Counted from the stretch's first letter, positions 19,203 to 29,503 are shown. The stretch: DNA of 64,000 nt from Candidatus Moraniibacteriota bacterium (GCA_046116545.1 CP175956.1:321734-385733); one strand, 5' to 3'. A program made the numbers and translations. The notes: generated from the letters alone by a model not told the origin.

Positions 19203-20765
19203 ATGAACAAAAAAAATAAAATCATACATTTCACAATACTTGCAATCATAATAATATTAGCTATAACTGTACGAGTATGGAATATTGATACTGTTCCTAG
19301 TGGCATATACCCTGATGAAGCAAATAACGGCACAAATGCCTACGATGCTCAATTAACTGGTGATTATCAATGGTTTTACCCTGATAATAATGGTCGTGAA
19401 GGACTTTATCTTAATTTGATGGCTATTACATTCAAATTTTTTGATGTTAGCATGTTAACCATCAAAATTCCTTCCATTATCATGGGAGCTCTTACCGTTG
19501 TTGGTGTATATTTACTTTCTCGTGAATTATTTATTTCAAAACCACGATTAGCACTTATTGCCAGTTATCTCACAGCTGTTAGCTTCTGGGCCATAAATTT
19601 TTCTCGCATTGCCTTTCGCGCAATAATGATGTTACCAATTTTAACTTTTTGTTTTTATTTCATATTTCGTGGTATTCGCACAAATAAGTGGTGGAACTTT
19701 GCACTTGCTGGATTTATTTTTGGACTTGGATTTCATACTTATATTGCCTTTCGCATTGCACCCGCATTATTATTTGTCATATTCATCTTACTATTACTAC
19801 AATATGGGATTGTATTGTTCAAAAAATACTGGAAAGGCGCTCTTATATTTATATTATTTGCAGTCCTTAGTGCTGCACCAATATTTTATACATTCCACAC
19901 ACATCCAGAATACTTAAATTCTCGAACGGGTGATGTTTCTGTATTTGCAAATAGCGAAGATGGACTTGTATCTACATTAACAACAACTGTTTCAGCATCA
20001 CTGTTGAAATTTAATTTTTATGGTGATCAAAATTGGAGACACGGATTTCCACCAACGCCAACGCTTGAAAGTTTTGTTGGCATCATGTTTGTAGGAGGTC
20101 TATTACTTTCAATTATTATATTTCTAACTTATTTATATCGTAGATTTTTCAAAAAAATTCATAATAGAAAATTAGTAACACATGGATTATTGATTGCCTG
20201 GTTCTTTGCATTTCTAGCACCCGAGTTTCTCACAACTGAAGGACTTCCTCATTCTTTGAGATCAATAGGGGTTTTACCTGTTGTTTATATATTTGCAGCA
20301 TTCTTTATAAATTTCATCATAGAGCGCTCAAAAAAACATTCACTTATTACTTATAAGATCACACTAACACTTATGGTTATACTGATGTTAACTTCAGGAA
20401 CCTGCAATGTTTTGAAATATCATAAATATTGGGCAACCTCTCCGCTACAAGCACAAGCCTTTAATAAATCACTTACTGATATAGCAAATTATATAAAAAT
20501 CATTCCAGATGATGCTACTAAATATGTTGTTGCTGGCCCTCTAGAAAGACTACCTGTAAAACTACTAAATGAATCTACTTCAAATTTATATTTTCTATAT
20601 GAAGATGAACTACATAAAATAGATAACACAAAAGATTTCTATGTATTTTTACCAAACAAAAATGATACTGTCTTAAATGAAATATTAAATTCTTATTCAA
20701 TTGTTTTAGAAGTTGTCCCCAGCGAATTAGAAACTGAATTTTTAATATTAAGACATATTCAGTAA
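19203..20765 (+). CDS. polytopic membrane glycosyltransferase, GT39/GT83 (PMT/ArnT)-like
   Basis: 520 aa, more than 10 predicted TM helices, N-terminal loop with GIYPDEANNG (DE motif) as in dolichyl/undecaprenyl-phosphate-sugar-dependent transferases. Confidence 0.65.
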   Translation: MNKKNKIIHFTILAIIIILAITVRVWNIDTVPSGIYPDEANNGTNAYDAQLTGDYQWFYPDNNGREGLYLNLMAITFKFFDVSMLTIKIPSIIMGALTVVGVYLLSRELFISKPRLALIASYLTAVSFWAINFSRIAFRAIMMLPILTFCFYFIFRGIRTNKWWNFALAGFIFGLGFHTYIAFRIAPALLFVIFILLLLQYGIVLFKKYWKGALIFILFAVLSAAPIFYTFHTHPEYLNSRTGDVSVFANSEDGLVSTLTTTVSASLLKFNFYGDQNWRHGFPPTPTLESFVGIMFVGGLLLSIIIFLTYLYRRFFKKIHNRKLVTHGLLIAWFFAFLAPEFLTTEGLPHSLRSIGVLPVVYIFAAFFINFIIERSKKHSLITYKITLTLMVILMLTSGTCNVLKYHKYWATSPLQAQAFNKSLTDIANYIKIIPDDATKYVVAGPLERLPVKLLNESTSNLYFLYEDELHKIDNTKDFYVFLPNKNDTVLNEILNSYSIVLEVVPSELETEFLILRHIQ

Positions 20766-20802
20766 ATCATCACTTTAAATAATTAATATTCAAAATAATA
20801 TT

Positions 20803-22608
20803 ATGATTACAAAATATCACAAATTAATAATAGTTTTTATAATACTATTCATGGCAATTGTATCTTTTTCTTTAGCTTGGACTGATTCGCTCACATTTGA
20901 TGAAGTGGCTCATATACCTGCTGGTTATAGCTACGCAGCGAAACATGACTATCGGCTAAATCCAGAGCATCCACCCCTACTTAAAGCCCTCTCAGGCATT
21001 GCTATATTACCTCTACAGCCAAACTTTGACTGGAGTGCTGACTTTTGGACAACCGCTAATAACTATGGTGAATACGGACAATGGGCTGCTGGTAGGCATT
21101 TGCTACATCAAGCAAATAATAATGTTGATTTAATTGTATTTTGGGCACGAGTCCCAGTGGTTATAATATCAATTTTATTTGGATTATTCTTGTTCATGTG
21201 GGGCAAAAAACTTGGAGGTATTATAACTGGATTATTTGCATTCATCTTATATGCATTTGATCCAAATATTTTAGGCCACAATCATTTTGTAACAACTGAC
21301 ATAGCAATTGCTGCTGCTATTGGTGTTGCCTTTTATTTCTTTTTACAATTTATCAAAAAGCCAACTTGGACAAATGCACTATTTGGCGGACTTGCTTTAG
21401 GACTTGCACAAGTTACAAAGTTTTCTGCAATTATCCTACTACCACTTTTTGCACTTATCTTAATTACATATCCCATAATCAAGTATTACAAAAGAGATGA
21501 GAGTAGGTGGAAAACTCTTGGACTTTATTTGACAAAAGGCATCTTCTCAATTGTTATTATGTTTTTTACTGTATGGCTTGTTTACTTACCAGTATCCTAC
21601 AAAATGCCACCCGATGTCCTACCTCCCATAACCGAGATAAAAAGCCAACCAGAAAAATATGCTCGTGATAAATACCTTACAAATTTCATCTACGCAGCTA
21701 ATAATTATACAATTACTCGCCCACTAGCAGCATACACGCAGGGACTCATGCAAGTACTTAGTCGTGTAAATGATGGTAACGTTACATTTTTCCTTGGGAA
21801 TGTGTCATCTGAAGCATCAACAATATATTTTCCATTCGTATTCATAGCAAAACAAACTCTTCTACATTTATTTTTTTACTGCATTGCACTTACGCTTATA
21901 GCAATTACATTTGTACGTGGTGGATTTAACTTATTCACTCAAAAGCTACAAACATCACTTATACAATTTCGTAAATTCATATTGAATAGATTCCATGAAA
22001 TCGTCTTAGGTATATTTATATTATTTTATAGTTACTTATCGATAACTGGAAACCTTAATATAGGATTCAGACATTTATTCCCAATGATGCCACTCATATA
22101 TATCCTCACAGCAAAGATAATCATTGATTCTTATAAAAACTTACGAAATCCTATTAGAAAAAATATAATAAGAAATATATTTATAGCTCTCATAATTACA
22201 TTAATTGCTACAGTAATAAGTGTATACCCTTATTATATGTCCTATTTTAATGTACTCTTTGGAGGGCCTACTAATGGCTGGCATTATGTAACTGACTCAA
22301 ATGCTGACTGGGGTCAAGATCTAAAACGACTAAAAATATATCTAGATAATCATCCTGAGATAGACAAGGTTCGTATAAGTTATTTTGGAGGAGACGATAT
22401 ACATAACCGATTAGGTGAAGATAAATACATATTATGGTGGGATAGTAAAAGACCTATAGAACCCGGTTACTATGCGCTCTCGACTTTTTTCATACAAGAA
22501 TCCATATATGACAAAAATAAATCTTATGATGATAGCTACCGATGGTTAGCAGATTACGAACCTATAGATCAAGTGGGTACATCATTTTTAATTTATAAGA
22601 TTGACTAA
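20803..22608 (+). CDS. polytopic membrane glycosyltransferase, protein O-mannosyltransferase (GT39/PMT_2)-like
   Basis: 601 aa; TFDEVAHIPAGYSY...NPEHPPLLKAL matches the PMT-family DE...EHPPL.K loop-1 signature; many TM helices. Confidence 0.7.
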   Translation: MITKYHKLIIVFIILFMAIVSFSLAWTDSLTFDEVAHIPAGYSYAAKHDYRLNPEHPPLLKALSGIAILPLQPNFDWSADFWTTANNYGEYGQWAAGRHLLHQANNNVDLIVFWARVPVVIISILFGLFLFMWGKKLGGIITGLFAFILYAFDPNILGHNHFVTTDIAIAAAIGVAFYFFLQFIKKPTWTNALFGGLALGLAQVTKFSAIILLPLFALILITYPIIKYYKRDESRWKTLGLYLTKGIFSIVIMFFTVWLVYLPVSYKMPPDVLPPITEIKSQPEKYARDKYLTNFIYAANNYTITRPLAAYTQGLMQVLSRVNDGNVTFFLGNVSSEASTIYFPFVFIAKQTLLHLFFYCIALTLIAITFVRGGFNLFTQKLQTSLIQFRKFILNRFHEIVLGIFILFYSYLSITGNLNIGFRHLFPMMPLIYILTAKIIIDSYKNLRNPIRKNIIRNIFIALIITLIATVISVYPYYMSYFNVLFGGPTNGWHYVTDSNADWGQDLKRLKIYLDNHPEIDKVRISYFGGDDIHNRLGEDKYILWWDSKRPIEPGYYALSTFFIQESIYDKNKSYDDSYRWLADYEPIDQVGTSFLIYKID

Positions 22609-22614
22609 AAAAAT

Positions 22615-22655
22615 CCTACCGTATCTTTAAAAGTACGGTAGGGGGTTTTATTTGC
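22615..22655 (+). terminator. rho-independent terminator (CCTACCGTA...TACGGTAGG + GGGTTTTATTT)
   Basis: 9-bp perfect stem immediately after the 22608 stop, followed by a T-rich run. Confidence 0.7.
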
Positions 22656-22956
22656 ACATGTATTTATATTTGTTTGCAAATTTTTTAATTACACTTATCA
22701 CAATATCTTTTTGCGATGTATATATCCTTATCTCTTGAATACTTGCACTTCCCCGTATTTTTAATAATAATCCACTTTCCATTTCCATTATTTTGATAGA
22801 ATGTTTACCGCTTTTTATTCCGTGTTTTATAAATCCTACTGATATTTTATTCACACTGTCCTCTCTGCTCAAAAAATCAACAACTCTTTCTGCTGCTGGT
22901 ATAACCGTTGTATGACTTCCTATCATTTTTCCACCTTGTCTATGACCTTTTGACAT
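22648..22956 (-). CDS. hypothetical protein (possibly cell-division associated given the ftsQ neighbour)
   Basis: 102-aa ORF downstream of the ftsQ-like gene; no secure motif (weak RVVDFLS resemblance to SepF). Confidence 0.35.
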   Translation of the reverse strand: MSKGHRQGGKMIGSHTTVIPAAERVVDFLSREDSVNKISVGFIKHGIKSGKHSIKIMEMESGLLLKIRGSASIQEIRIYTSQKDIVISVIKKFANKYKYMCK

Positions 22957-22988
22957 AATTCTAGTATGTTAATGAGTATTCTTTAAAC

Positions 22989-23954
22989 TTATTCATTACT
23001 TTCATCAGTATCTTTTTGCTCTTCATCGTTCTCAGATTCTTTATCCAAATTCTCCTCAGGTTGCTCAACACCATCTTTCATTTTATAAAAAATCTTTTCT
23101 GGGAATCTCATATCTATATATTCTAAATCATTTCTACTACTCGGTAATTCTACTTTTTTTATAAATAATTTTGCAATGTTCAATATCTCCTCTGTATCAT
23201 GTGTTACATCCACTACTATATACCAGTTTTCATCAGTATTAAATCGCACCTCATTTGAACCTCTTGATACTATCTTATATGGTGTCTCTATACCTACATT
23301 TATGTTATATATAAACTCCTTACCCAAAAAATCTATTTTATCTAACTCATTTTGATCTATAACATGACTACCAATTTCAATACTTTCGCCGCTCTCATCA
23401 ACTACTATGAAATAATTATTATTAATTAAAACTTCATCATTAAGGGGTATCTGTTTTAATGCGTTACCCCCATCAATCACAAAACATTCTCCACTAATAT
23501 CATGTAAACACCAAACTGCTATTACATCATGCTCTACTACATTTACACTAATTTTATTTGGAAATTGTTTTTTAACCTTAATGGATTTAATTCTTTTGTC
23601 TTTTAAAATATTTTCAATTATCTCCTTTTTATCAATGAAGAAGTAATTATCTTTAGAAATACAACCGGTAAGACTTCCAGTGATAAGATTTTTTATAGTA
23701 TCATTTATATCTTCACTGTTAATACGAGTATTGCCACTTATGCTTATTTCTGTAACTTTACTAAGTCCAGAACACAAAAACATATATGCTATACTCCCAA
23801 TAAAAATAGTAAGAATAAAAATAAACAACCATTGCTTCCAGGTACGTCTCTCTTCATCTTGTGTATTTTTTATACGTTTCTTAGGAATTTTCTTCCTACC
23901 ACGTACAATTTTACTATTACTCTTCTGCCTCATTTCAATTTGTAGGACTTTCAC
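22989..23954 (-). CDS. ftsQ: cell division protein FtsQ/DivIB-like (TM plus POTRA domain)
   Basis: 321 aa; basic N-terminus, single TM (WLFIFILTIFIGSIAYMFL), then a POTRA-like start VTEISISGNTRINSEDINDTIKNL. Confidence 0.55.
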   Translation of the reverse strand: MKVLQIEMRQKSNSKIVRGRKKIPKKRIKNTQDEERRTWKQWLFIFILTIFIGSIAYMFLCSGLSKVTEISISGNTRINSEDINDTIKNLITGSLTGCISKDNYFFIDKKEIIENILKDKRIKSIKVKKQFPNKISVNVVEHDVIAVWCLHDISGECFVIDGGNALKQIPLNDEVLINNNYFIVVDESGESIEIGSHVIDQNELDKIDFLGKEFIYNINVGIETPYKIVSRGSNEVRFNTDENWYIVVDVTHDTEEILNIAKLFIKKVELPSSRNDLEYIDMRFPEKIFYKMKDGVEQPEENLDKESENDEEQKDTDESNE

Positions 23955-24067
23955 ACTTTAGTACAATGCGAGGCACGAATATATATTTTACATGAAACAT
24001 ATATGTATATGTTGTTGGAAAATATACATTCAGTAACGAAGTAGTGTGCAAAGTGCGAAAGTCCTAT

Positions 24068-24940
24068 CTACATATTTATAAATAAATCTTCTAATATCAA
24101 TTTCTTATTTACATTTGTATTTTGCATTTTGTTCATAACATCCTCAACCTTATCCGAAAGCTTAAGTAAATTAAATTTTTTTGTTTTATGAGCAGCTGCC
24201 CAAATCCTATAAATCCAAATTTGAAAGAATATATTCAAATATTCATCATCTTTTTTTGATAACTCATCAGCCAATTTCATTCTTTCAGATATACTTGTCT
24301 GAAAAAATCCTTGCAGTGATTCTCTGGCGAATTCTACAATTTCCTTAAATTCCTCATCATTATCAATTCTACTCAAGAATCCAGGCCGTCCATTTATATC
24401 CTTCAAGAATTCATTATTTTCATATTTCGAGGTTAACTCAGCATCTCCAACTATATCAAATTGTAAATCAAAACATCTTGATTTAATCGTTGCAAGTAGT
24501 GCATCACTACTATTTGTAACAAGTATTATGAATCTTTTTTCTCTTGGTTCTTCTAAATTTTTTAGAAGTGCATTTTGAGCAGATGTTGTCATCCTATGTG
24601 CATCATTTATTATGAGTACCTTCGCATCCCCAATTGGAGCTGTTGCTGCCCATTTATTTGCTTCTTTTATAGCATCGATTGAGATATCTCTAATCACAAT
24701 CTTTTTCTTTTTTTCTACTCTTTCAGGTTCCACTACAAACACGTCTCCATTTATATTATTACTAATTGTCCATTTACTTGTAGAGCAAGCTAAGTTATCT
24801 GCAAATGTTTTTGCTATAGTAAACTTGCCAATGCTCTCGGGACCCCAAAAAATGAAGCTATTATGTATGCTTCTGTCATTTATTATCTTACTAAGAGTTT
24901 CTAGATTTTTTCTGTGTCCTATTATATTACTCATTTTCAA
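24068..24940 (-). CDS. holB: DNA polymerase III delta-prime subunit (clamp loader AAA+)
   Basis: 290 aa; HSFIFWGPESIGKFTIAKTFADNL P-loop-like; KVLIINDAHRMT (DExx box region); SRC motif (KSRCF). Confidence 0.7.
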   Translation of the reverse strand: MKMSNIIGHRKNLETLSKIINDRSIHNSFIFWGPESIGKFTIAKTFADNLACSTSKWTISNNINGDVFVVEPERVEKKKKIVIRDISIDAIKEANKWAATAPIGDAKVLIINDAHRMTTSAQNALLKNLEEPREKRFIILVTNSSDALLATIKSRCFDLQFDIVGDAELTSKYENNEFLKDINGRPGFLSRIDNDEEFKEIVEFARESLQGFFQTSISERMKLADELSKKDDEYLNIFFQIWIYRIWAAAHKTKKFNLLKLSDKVEDVMNKMQNTNVNKKLILEDLFINM

Positions 24941-26078
24941 ATACTTTATTTACAGCGTTTATAATTCCTTTTTTAAAATTTTCTTTAGAATATTTATTTG
25001 CTGATTCAATAATTTCAGCTCTGTTATATTGGTTTTCTTTCTCTATAAATCTTCGCAAAGCATCTGCAAGCATTTCAACTGTTGGAGCCTCAAATAATTC
25101 TCCATTTTTACCGCTATGTATGATTTCTTTTGCACCACCCTTTCCCAATCCTATTACTGGAACACCTGCTCTCAATGCCTCTACACAAGTAATCCCAAAA
25201 TCGTCTTCCGATGGAAATATGAATGCTCTAGCACTTGCTAAATATTTTTTCTTCTGTTCTTCACTTACCCAACCAACCATATCAATAGTATCTCCTGCCA
25301 TCTTTTTTAACACCTTTTCTTCCCTGCCTTGGCCTATTACAGTTAATGGCAATTGTAATTTATTACATGCTTCAATTGCTAATGCTACATTTTTATATTC
25401 TGATAATCTTGATATTATCACAAACTTATCCCTTTTTACAACACTTTCAACATCTAGTTCAACAGCTGGATATACAACTTGAGCATCTCTACGATAATAT
25501 TTTTCAATTCGTTTTTGCGTATAAATAGAATTAGCGACTAATACATCAGGTCTCTGAGCCGCTTGATTATCCCATACACGTAAATAACTTAACAGTGCTC
25601 TTACACAAAAATTATTTTTTTTACCCATTCTTCTTTTTGCGTAATATTCATTTTCATCCCATACATATCTCATTGGCGAATGCACATAAGCAACATGCTT
25701 TGTATTTAGTCTTGTCACAATTCCTTTACTCCATGCCCCTGAGCTAGAGATAACCAAATCAAAATCTCTCAAATCAAAACTTTCAATGGCAGTTCCAAAA
25801 AAAGGTAATAACCACTTATGATTTTTTCTAAAAACTTTTGGCCACCTTTGCAAGAAACTTGTACATACTTTCTCACTATCAAAAAACTCTCCCATCACAC
25901 TTTTGTCATAAAGTAATGTAAAGATATGTGCATCTGGGTACAACTCACAGATATCACCAAGAACTTTCTCTGCTCCACCAGGATACAACAAGAAATCATG
26001 TACAATTGCTACTTTTAATTCTTTATTTCCCTGGTCTTGACTTTTTTGTATTTTTGTGCTATTATTATTGGAAGTCAT
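24927..26078 (-). CDS. glycosyltransferase family 4 (GT-B fold)
   Basis: 383 aa; C-terminal E-x7-E-like region FPSEDDFGITCVEALRAGVPVIG typical of GT4. Confidence 0.75.
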   Translation of the reverse strand: MTSNNNSTKIQKSQDQGNKELKVAIVHDFLLYPGGAEKVLGDICELYPDAHIFTLLYDKSVMGEFFDSEKVCTSFLQRWPKVFRKNHKWLLPFFGTAIESFDLRDFDLVISSSGAWSKGIVTRLNTKHVAYVHSPMRYVWDENEYYAKRRMGKKNNFCVRALLSYLRVWDNQAAQRPDVLVANSIYTQKRIEKYYRRDAQVVYPAVELDVESVVKRDKFVIISRLSEYKNVALAIEACNKLQLPLTVIGQGREEKVLKKMAGDTIDMVGWVSEEQKKKYLASARAFIFPSEDDFGITCVEALRAGVPVIGLGKGGAKEIIHSGKNGELFEAPTVEMLADALRRFIEKENQYNRAEIIESANKYSKENFKKGIINAVNKVFENE

Positions 26079-26154
26079 AAAAATAAAATGATTTTGAATA
26101 TATAGTATATTCTATCATTTTTTACAGTTTTTTTACAACTACAAGGAGCGTAAG

Positions 26155-26409
26155 ATGAAAAAGAATTGGAATAGCTACATTGGAAAGGCTTTACCTAAAA
26201 GAAGACCTCTTGGGGAACTCTGGGATAATTTTACATCTACTGGCAAAATTTTTATTGTGATGTTTACATTTTTGATTATCACATCACCAGTTACCATTCA
26301 AGTCGGACAACTAGTTCATTACATAGTTGTTCATGGTGAAGAAATTGAAAGTTTTGAACCCTACACGATGGAGCAATATCGTAAAGATTTTACAAAATAT
26401 ACCGATTGA
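26155..26409 (+). CDS. hypothetical small membrane protein
   Basis: 84 aa, one TM; SD-like AAGGAGCG upstream. Confidence 0.3.
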   Translation: MKKNWNSYIGKALPKRRPLGELWDNFTSTGKIFIVMFTFLIITSPVTIQVGQLVHYIVVHGEEIESFEPYTMEQYRKDFTKYTD

Positions 26410-26421
26410 GGAGGTTACTGT

Positions 26422-26877
26422 ATGGGATACTCAGAAAATAATTCCTGTTGTCGGGATGACTCCTCTGGAATGTTACCAGCTTTATTTTGGTGTTTTATTT
26501 TTTCAATAATTATGATTACTATTGTAAATATGGACCTCAATAATAAGAGTGTTCAGAACTTGGACTATTATCCAATGATTTCAACAATGAATGTTCACAG
26601 TCAAAATAGTGGACTCTGCTACAAAATTGTCACACACTTTAGTCATGCTGATATTACAAAATCACCCACATTGCTCACTAGAGCAAAATGTGATGATGCC
26701 TTATCATCTAAAGAACTAATCTGGAATTTTATTAATATTCCAGAGACAGGATCTGTTGCAGAACAATGCTTTGAAACAGTTATTGTACAGCAAGAAGTTT
26801 TTACTGGTCACGATGACTTAAAAATCGAAGTAACTGGGATGGCACAAATATCCTGTGCTGACTTGCCAAATGGTTAG
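26422..26877 (+). CDS. hypothetical membrane-anchored protein
   Basis: 151 aa; GAGGAGGT SD 6 nt upstream of ATG; TM near N-terminus. Confidence 0.35.
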   Translation: MGYSENNSCCRDDSSGMLPALFWCFIFSIIMITIVNMDLNNKSVQNLDYYPMISTMNVHSQNSGLCYKIVTHFSHADITKSPTLLTRAKCDDALSSKELIWNFINIPETGSVAEQCFETVIVQQEVFTGHDDLKIEVTGMAQISCADLPNG

Positions 26878-26886
26878 TCAAATTCC

Positions 26887-26931
26887 AAAAACCACCAACG
26901 AGATAATATTCTCGATGGTGGTTTTAATTTT
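26887..26931 (+). terminator. rho-independent terminator (AAAACCACCAACGAGA...TCTCGATGGTGGTTTT + T-run)
   Basis: Imperfect 12-bp stem flanked by A-run and T-run; follows the 26877 stop. Confidence 0.65.
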
Positions 26932-26959
26932 TATAATAACTGCTACCCTACTAGATACA

Positions 26960-26981
26960 GTGGACGGATATGTCCGTCCAC
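26960..26981 (-). terminator. hairpin GTGGACGGA-TAT-GTCCGTCCAC downstream of minus-strand gene 26986..28089
   Basis: Perfect 9-bp GC-rich stem read from sequence. Confidence 0.55.
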
Positions 26982-26985
26982 TACA

Positions 26986-28089
26986 TTAAAATTTGATTAG
27001 CACCTTAGCAGTAAGTCTTGCACATTTATCCCAACTAAATCTTTCTATATTTTTAAACCCTCTGTCTATAATTTCAGACCGCATTGCATCATTTGTAACT
27101 AGTACATTTATTTTTTCTGCTATGTCTGATGCTAATGCTGGATTTACCAGTGCAGCACTATCACGTGCAATTTCTTTTAACGATGAATTACCACTTGTTA
27201 CAACTGGTACGCCAACTTGTTGTGCCTCCAATACAGGCAAACCAAATCCTTCGTAATTTGTAGGAAAAACAAATACAGATGCATTTCTTAGAAGTGCCCA
27301 TTTCTCATCACTAGGTACAAAACCTGTAATTATTATGTCATCCACAAAAGAATGTTCTTCTATTTCATTCTGAATTTTTTCCCATCCAAAACCACCCTTG
27401 CCTACCAAAACCAATTTTTGAGTTATCCCAAAATGCTTTCTCAAAATATCATAGGCATTCAGAATATTTGTAATATTTTTACGTTCTTCTAACCTTCCTA
27501 TAAATATAAGATATCCTTGTTTTCTCACGCCATACTTATTCAATATTTCAATGCTTTTTTGAACATTATCATTTGGTGCAGGATTCACTCCCTCATATAC
27601 AACTCTTATTTTTTCTTTTGCCACTCCGTATAACCTCATCAAATCTTTTTTGGTATTATTTGATACACAGATTATATTTTTTGACCATTTACAAGAATTC
27701 TTTATGCCCCTACGCATTGCCCTTTGCTCGTGTTTTGAATATGCTTCTGGAGTAATTTCATACTCTAATCCATGCACTACAACAACAGTGTCTTTTGGAT
27801 GAATTGGCGGTACAATATGGCCTGGAACAAGTAATTTATTTGGTCTACGAAAAAACATAGATATTGATAATCTGAAATAAGTCCAAAATCTCAATGCCCA
27901 TAATGAACGAACTTTCCAAGTCTCTGGCAAATCAAAGTCAATATTTTCTTTTGTCCCACTACGAATATATAAAACTACCTGATAGTTTTCAAGTGGTTTC
28001 CTCAAATGTTTTACAAGTTGATATGAATATTCTTCTATTCCAGTTCTCTCATGTAAAAATGCACGAGATGCATCAATGGCTATTTTCAT
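26986..28089 (-). CDS. glycosyltransferase family 4
   Basis: 367 aa; FPTNYEGFGLPVLEAQQVGVPVVTS is the GT4 EX7E motif. Confidence 0.8.
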   Translation of the reverse strand: MKIAIDASRAFLHERTGIEEYSYQLVKHLRKPLENYQVVLYIRSGTKENIDFDLPETWKVRSLWALRFWTYFRLSISMFFRRPNKLLVPGHIVPPIHPKDTVVVVHGLEYEITPEAYSKHEQRAMRRGIKNSCKWSKNIICVSNNTKKDLMRLYGVAKEKIRVVYEGVNPAPNDNVQKSIEILNKYGVRKQGYLIFIGRLEERKNITNILNAYDILRKHFGITQKLVLVGKGGFGWEKIQNEIEEHSFVDDIIITGFVPSDEKWALLRNASVFVFPTNYEGFGLPVLEAQQVGVPVVTSGNSSLKEIARDSAALVNPALASDIAEKINVLVTNDAMRSEIIDRGFKNIERFSWDKCARLTAKVLIKF

Positions 28090-28093
28090 TTTG

Positions 28094-29110
28094 TTATTTT
28101 TTTGTTGCTAAAATTGTTTTTTTGTATATGTCTAGATTATCCAAAACCTTACCAGTTCCCCTTACAACACACCTAAGCGGATCATCTGCCACATAACATG
28201 GCACACCTATAGTCTTTGTTATCAACTGATCAAGATTTCTCAATAGTGCACCACCTCCAGACAACACAGTTCCCTTGTCCATTATATCAGCTGACAACTC
28301 TGGTGGAGTTTCTTGTAAAACTTTCTTTACTGCATTTATAACCTCCCGAAGCTCATCCTGCAATGCCTCTGTAACTTCATTTGATGTAATTATAATAGTT
28401 TTTGGCAATCCTCCCATCAAATCTCTACCTCGTATATCCATACTTTCTTCTTTTGTTTGAGCTATAGCACTTCCTATCTTTTTCTTTATATCCTCTGCCA
28501 TTTGCTCACCTATCGCTAAAGAATATTTTCTTTTAATATAATCTGCGATTGCTTGATCAAACTTATTTCCACCAACTCGTGCACTATGAGCGGACACTAC
28601 ACCTCCCAATGATATAACTGCTATTTCACTAGTACCTCCTCCAATATTTATTATCATATTTCCTTGAGCAGAGTGGATTTTAATTCCTGCCCCTATCATA
28701 GCAAGAATAGGTTCTTTTACTACATATGCTTTTTTTGCTCCAGCTTTCTCTGCAGCATCAACAACTGCCCTTCTTTCTGTTGATGTTATGCCTGCTGGAA
28801 TTGATATCATAACTTCTGGTCGTATTAAAAAGACTCTACCTGTTACTTTTCTTATAAAATATTTAAGCATTGCCTCTGTTACCCGGTAATCTGCTATCAC
28901 ACCATCCCTTAAAGGTTTGTAAGCTGTTATTGTATCGGGAGTTCGTCCAAGCATTTCTTTTGCTTCATTTCCTACTGCAAGAACCTTATTTTCAAGCATT
29001 GAAACTGCAACAACAGAAGGCTCATCCACTACCACACCGGTACCCGGCAAAAATACCAGCGTATTTGCTGTTCCTAAATCAATTCCAATTTTCTTAACAA
29101 ACATACTCAT
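28094..29110 (-). CDS. mreB: rod shape-determining actin homologue MreB
   Basis: MSMFVKKIGIDLGTANTLVF... actin-fold phosphate-1 motif, DIGGGTSEIAVISLGG phosphate-2; ORF track N-terminal extension to 29212 is probably spurious. Confidence 0.9.
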   Translation of the reverse strand: MSMFVKKIGIDLGTANTLVFLPGTGVVVDEPSVVAVSMLENKVLAVGNEAKEMLGRTPDTITAYKPLRDGVIADYRVTEAMLKYFIRKVTGRVFLIRPEVMISIPAGITSTERRAVVDAAEKAGAKKAYVVKEPILAMIGAGIKIHSAQGNMIINIGGGTSEIAVISLGGVVSAHSARVGGNKFDQAIADYIKRKYSLAIGEQMAEDIKKKIGSAIAQTKEESMDIRGRDLMGGLPKTIIITSNEVTEALQDELREVINAVKKVLQETPPELSADIMDKGTVLSGGGALLRNLDQLITKTIGVPCYVADDPLRCVVRGTGKVLDNLDIYKKTILATKK

Positions 29111-29230
29111 ACAGCTTTTATCAATCTTTAACTTGCAACCTTGCTTAAATAATAGACAAAAAAATCCTATTTGTAAACAAAATACCTTGTAATCCCTCAC
29201 ACACTCAAACAAGCCTCCAAAAAAAAGTGC

Positions 29231-29333
29231 GTCATTGCGAGGAGGTACGACGAAGCAATCTCTGTCAGATTATTTATAAACTTTTGAGATTGCTTCACAT
29301 AATACAGCAATCATTACTTCTGTTCGCAAAGAC
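29231..29333. repeat. MITE-like element, copy 3 of 4
   Basis: GTCATTGCGAGGAGGTACGACGAAGCAATCTC...GAGATTGCTTCAC...TTCGCAAAGAC. Confidence 0.7.
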
Positions 29334-29503
29334 TGGTTGTGTGTTTTGTTTAGATCTGTGAGAGTTTGCAATAACTTGACAATAGAAATTATAATGTTAT
29401 TATCACATCATGAATAATAGATTGATGGCAATTAAGCAAGGCAAGCGAATCGAATTTTTCGAGAGAAGTTTGTAGTGCTTTTGTTTCAATCAACAACCTT
29501 ACA

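Noticed and set aside
22648-22956. Calling ORF 22648..22956 SepF
   Set aside because: Only a short RVVDFLS resemblance, and the surrounding topology does not match the SepF C-terminal domain order. It is left as hypothetical.
29110-29212. N-terminal 34-aa extension of the mreB ORF (MFECVRDYKVFCLQ...)
   Set aside because: MreB homologues begin at the conserved MF..IGIDLGT segment. The extension is Cys/Phe-rich, unconserved-looking and lacks an RBS, so the start was moved to 29110.
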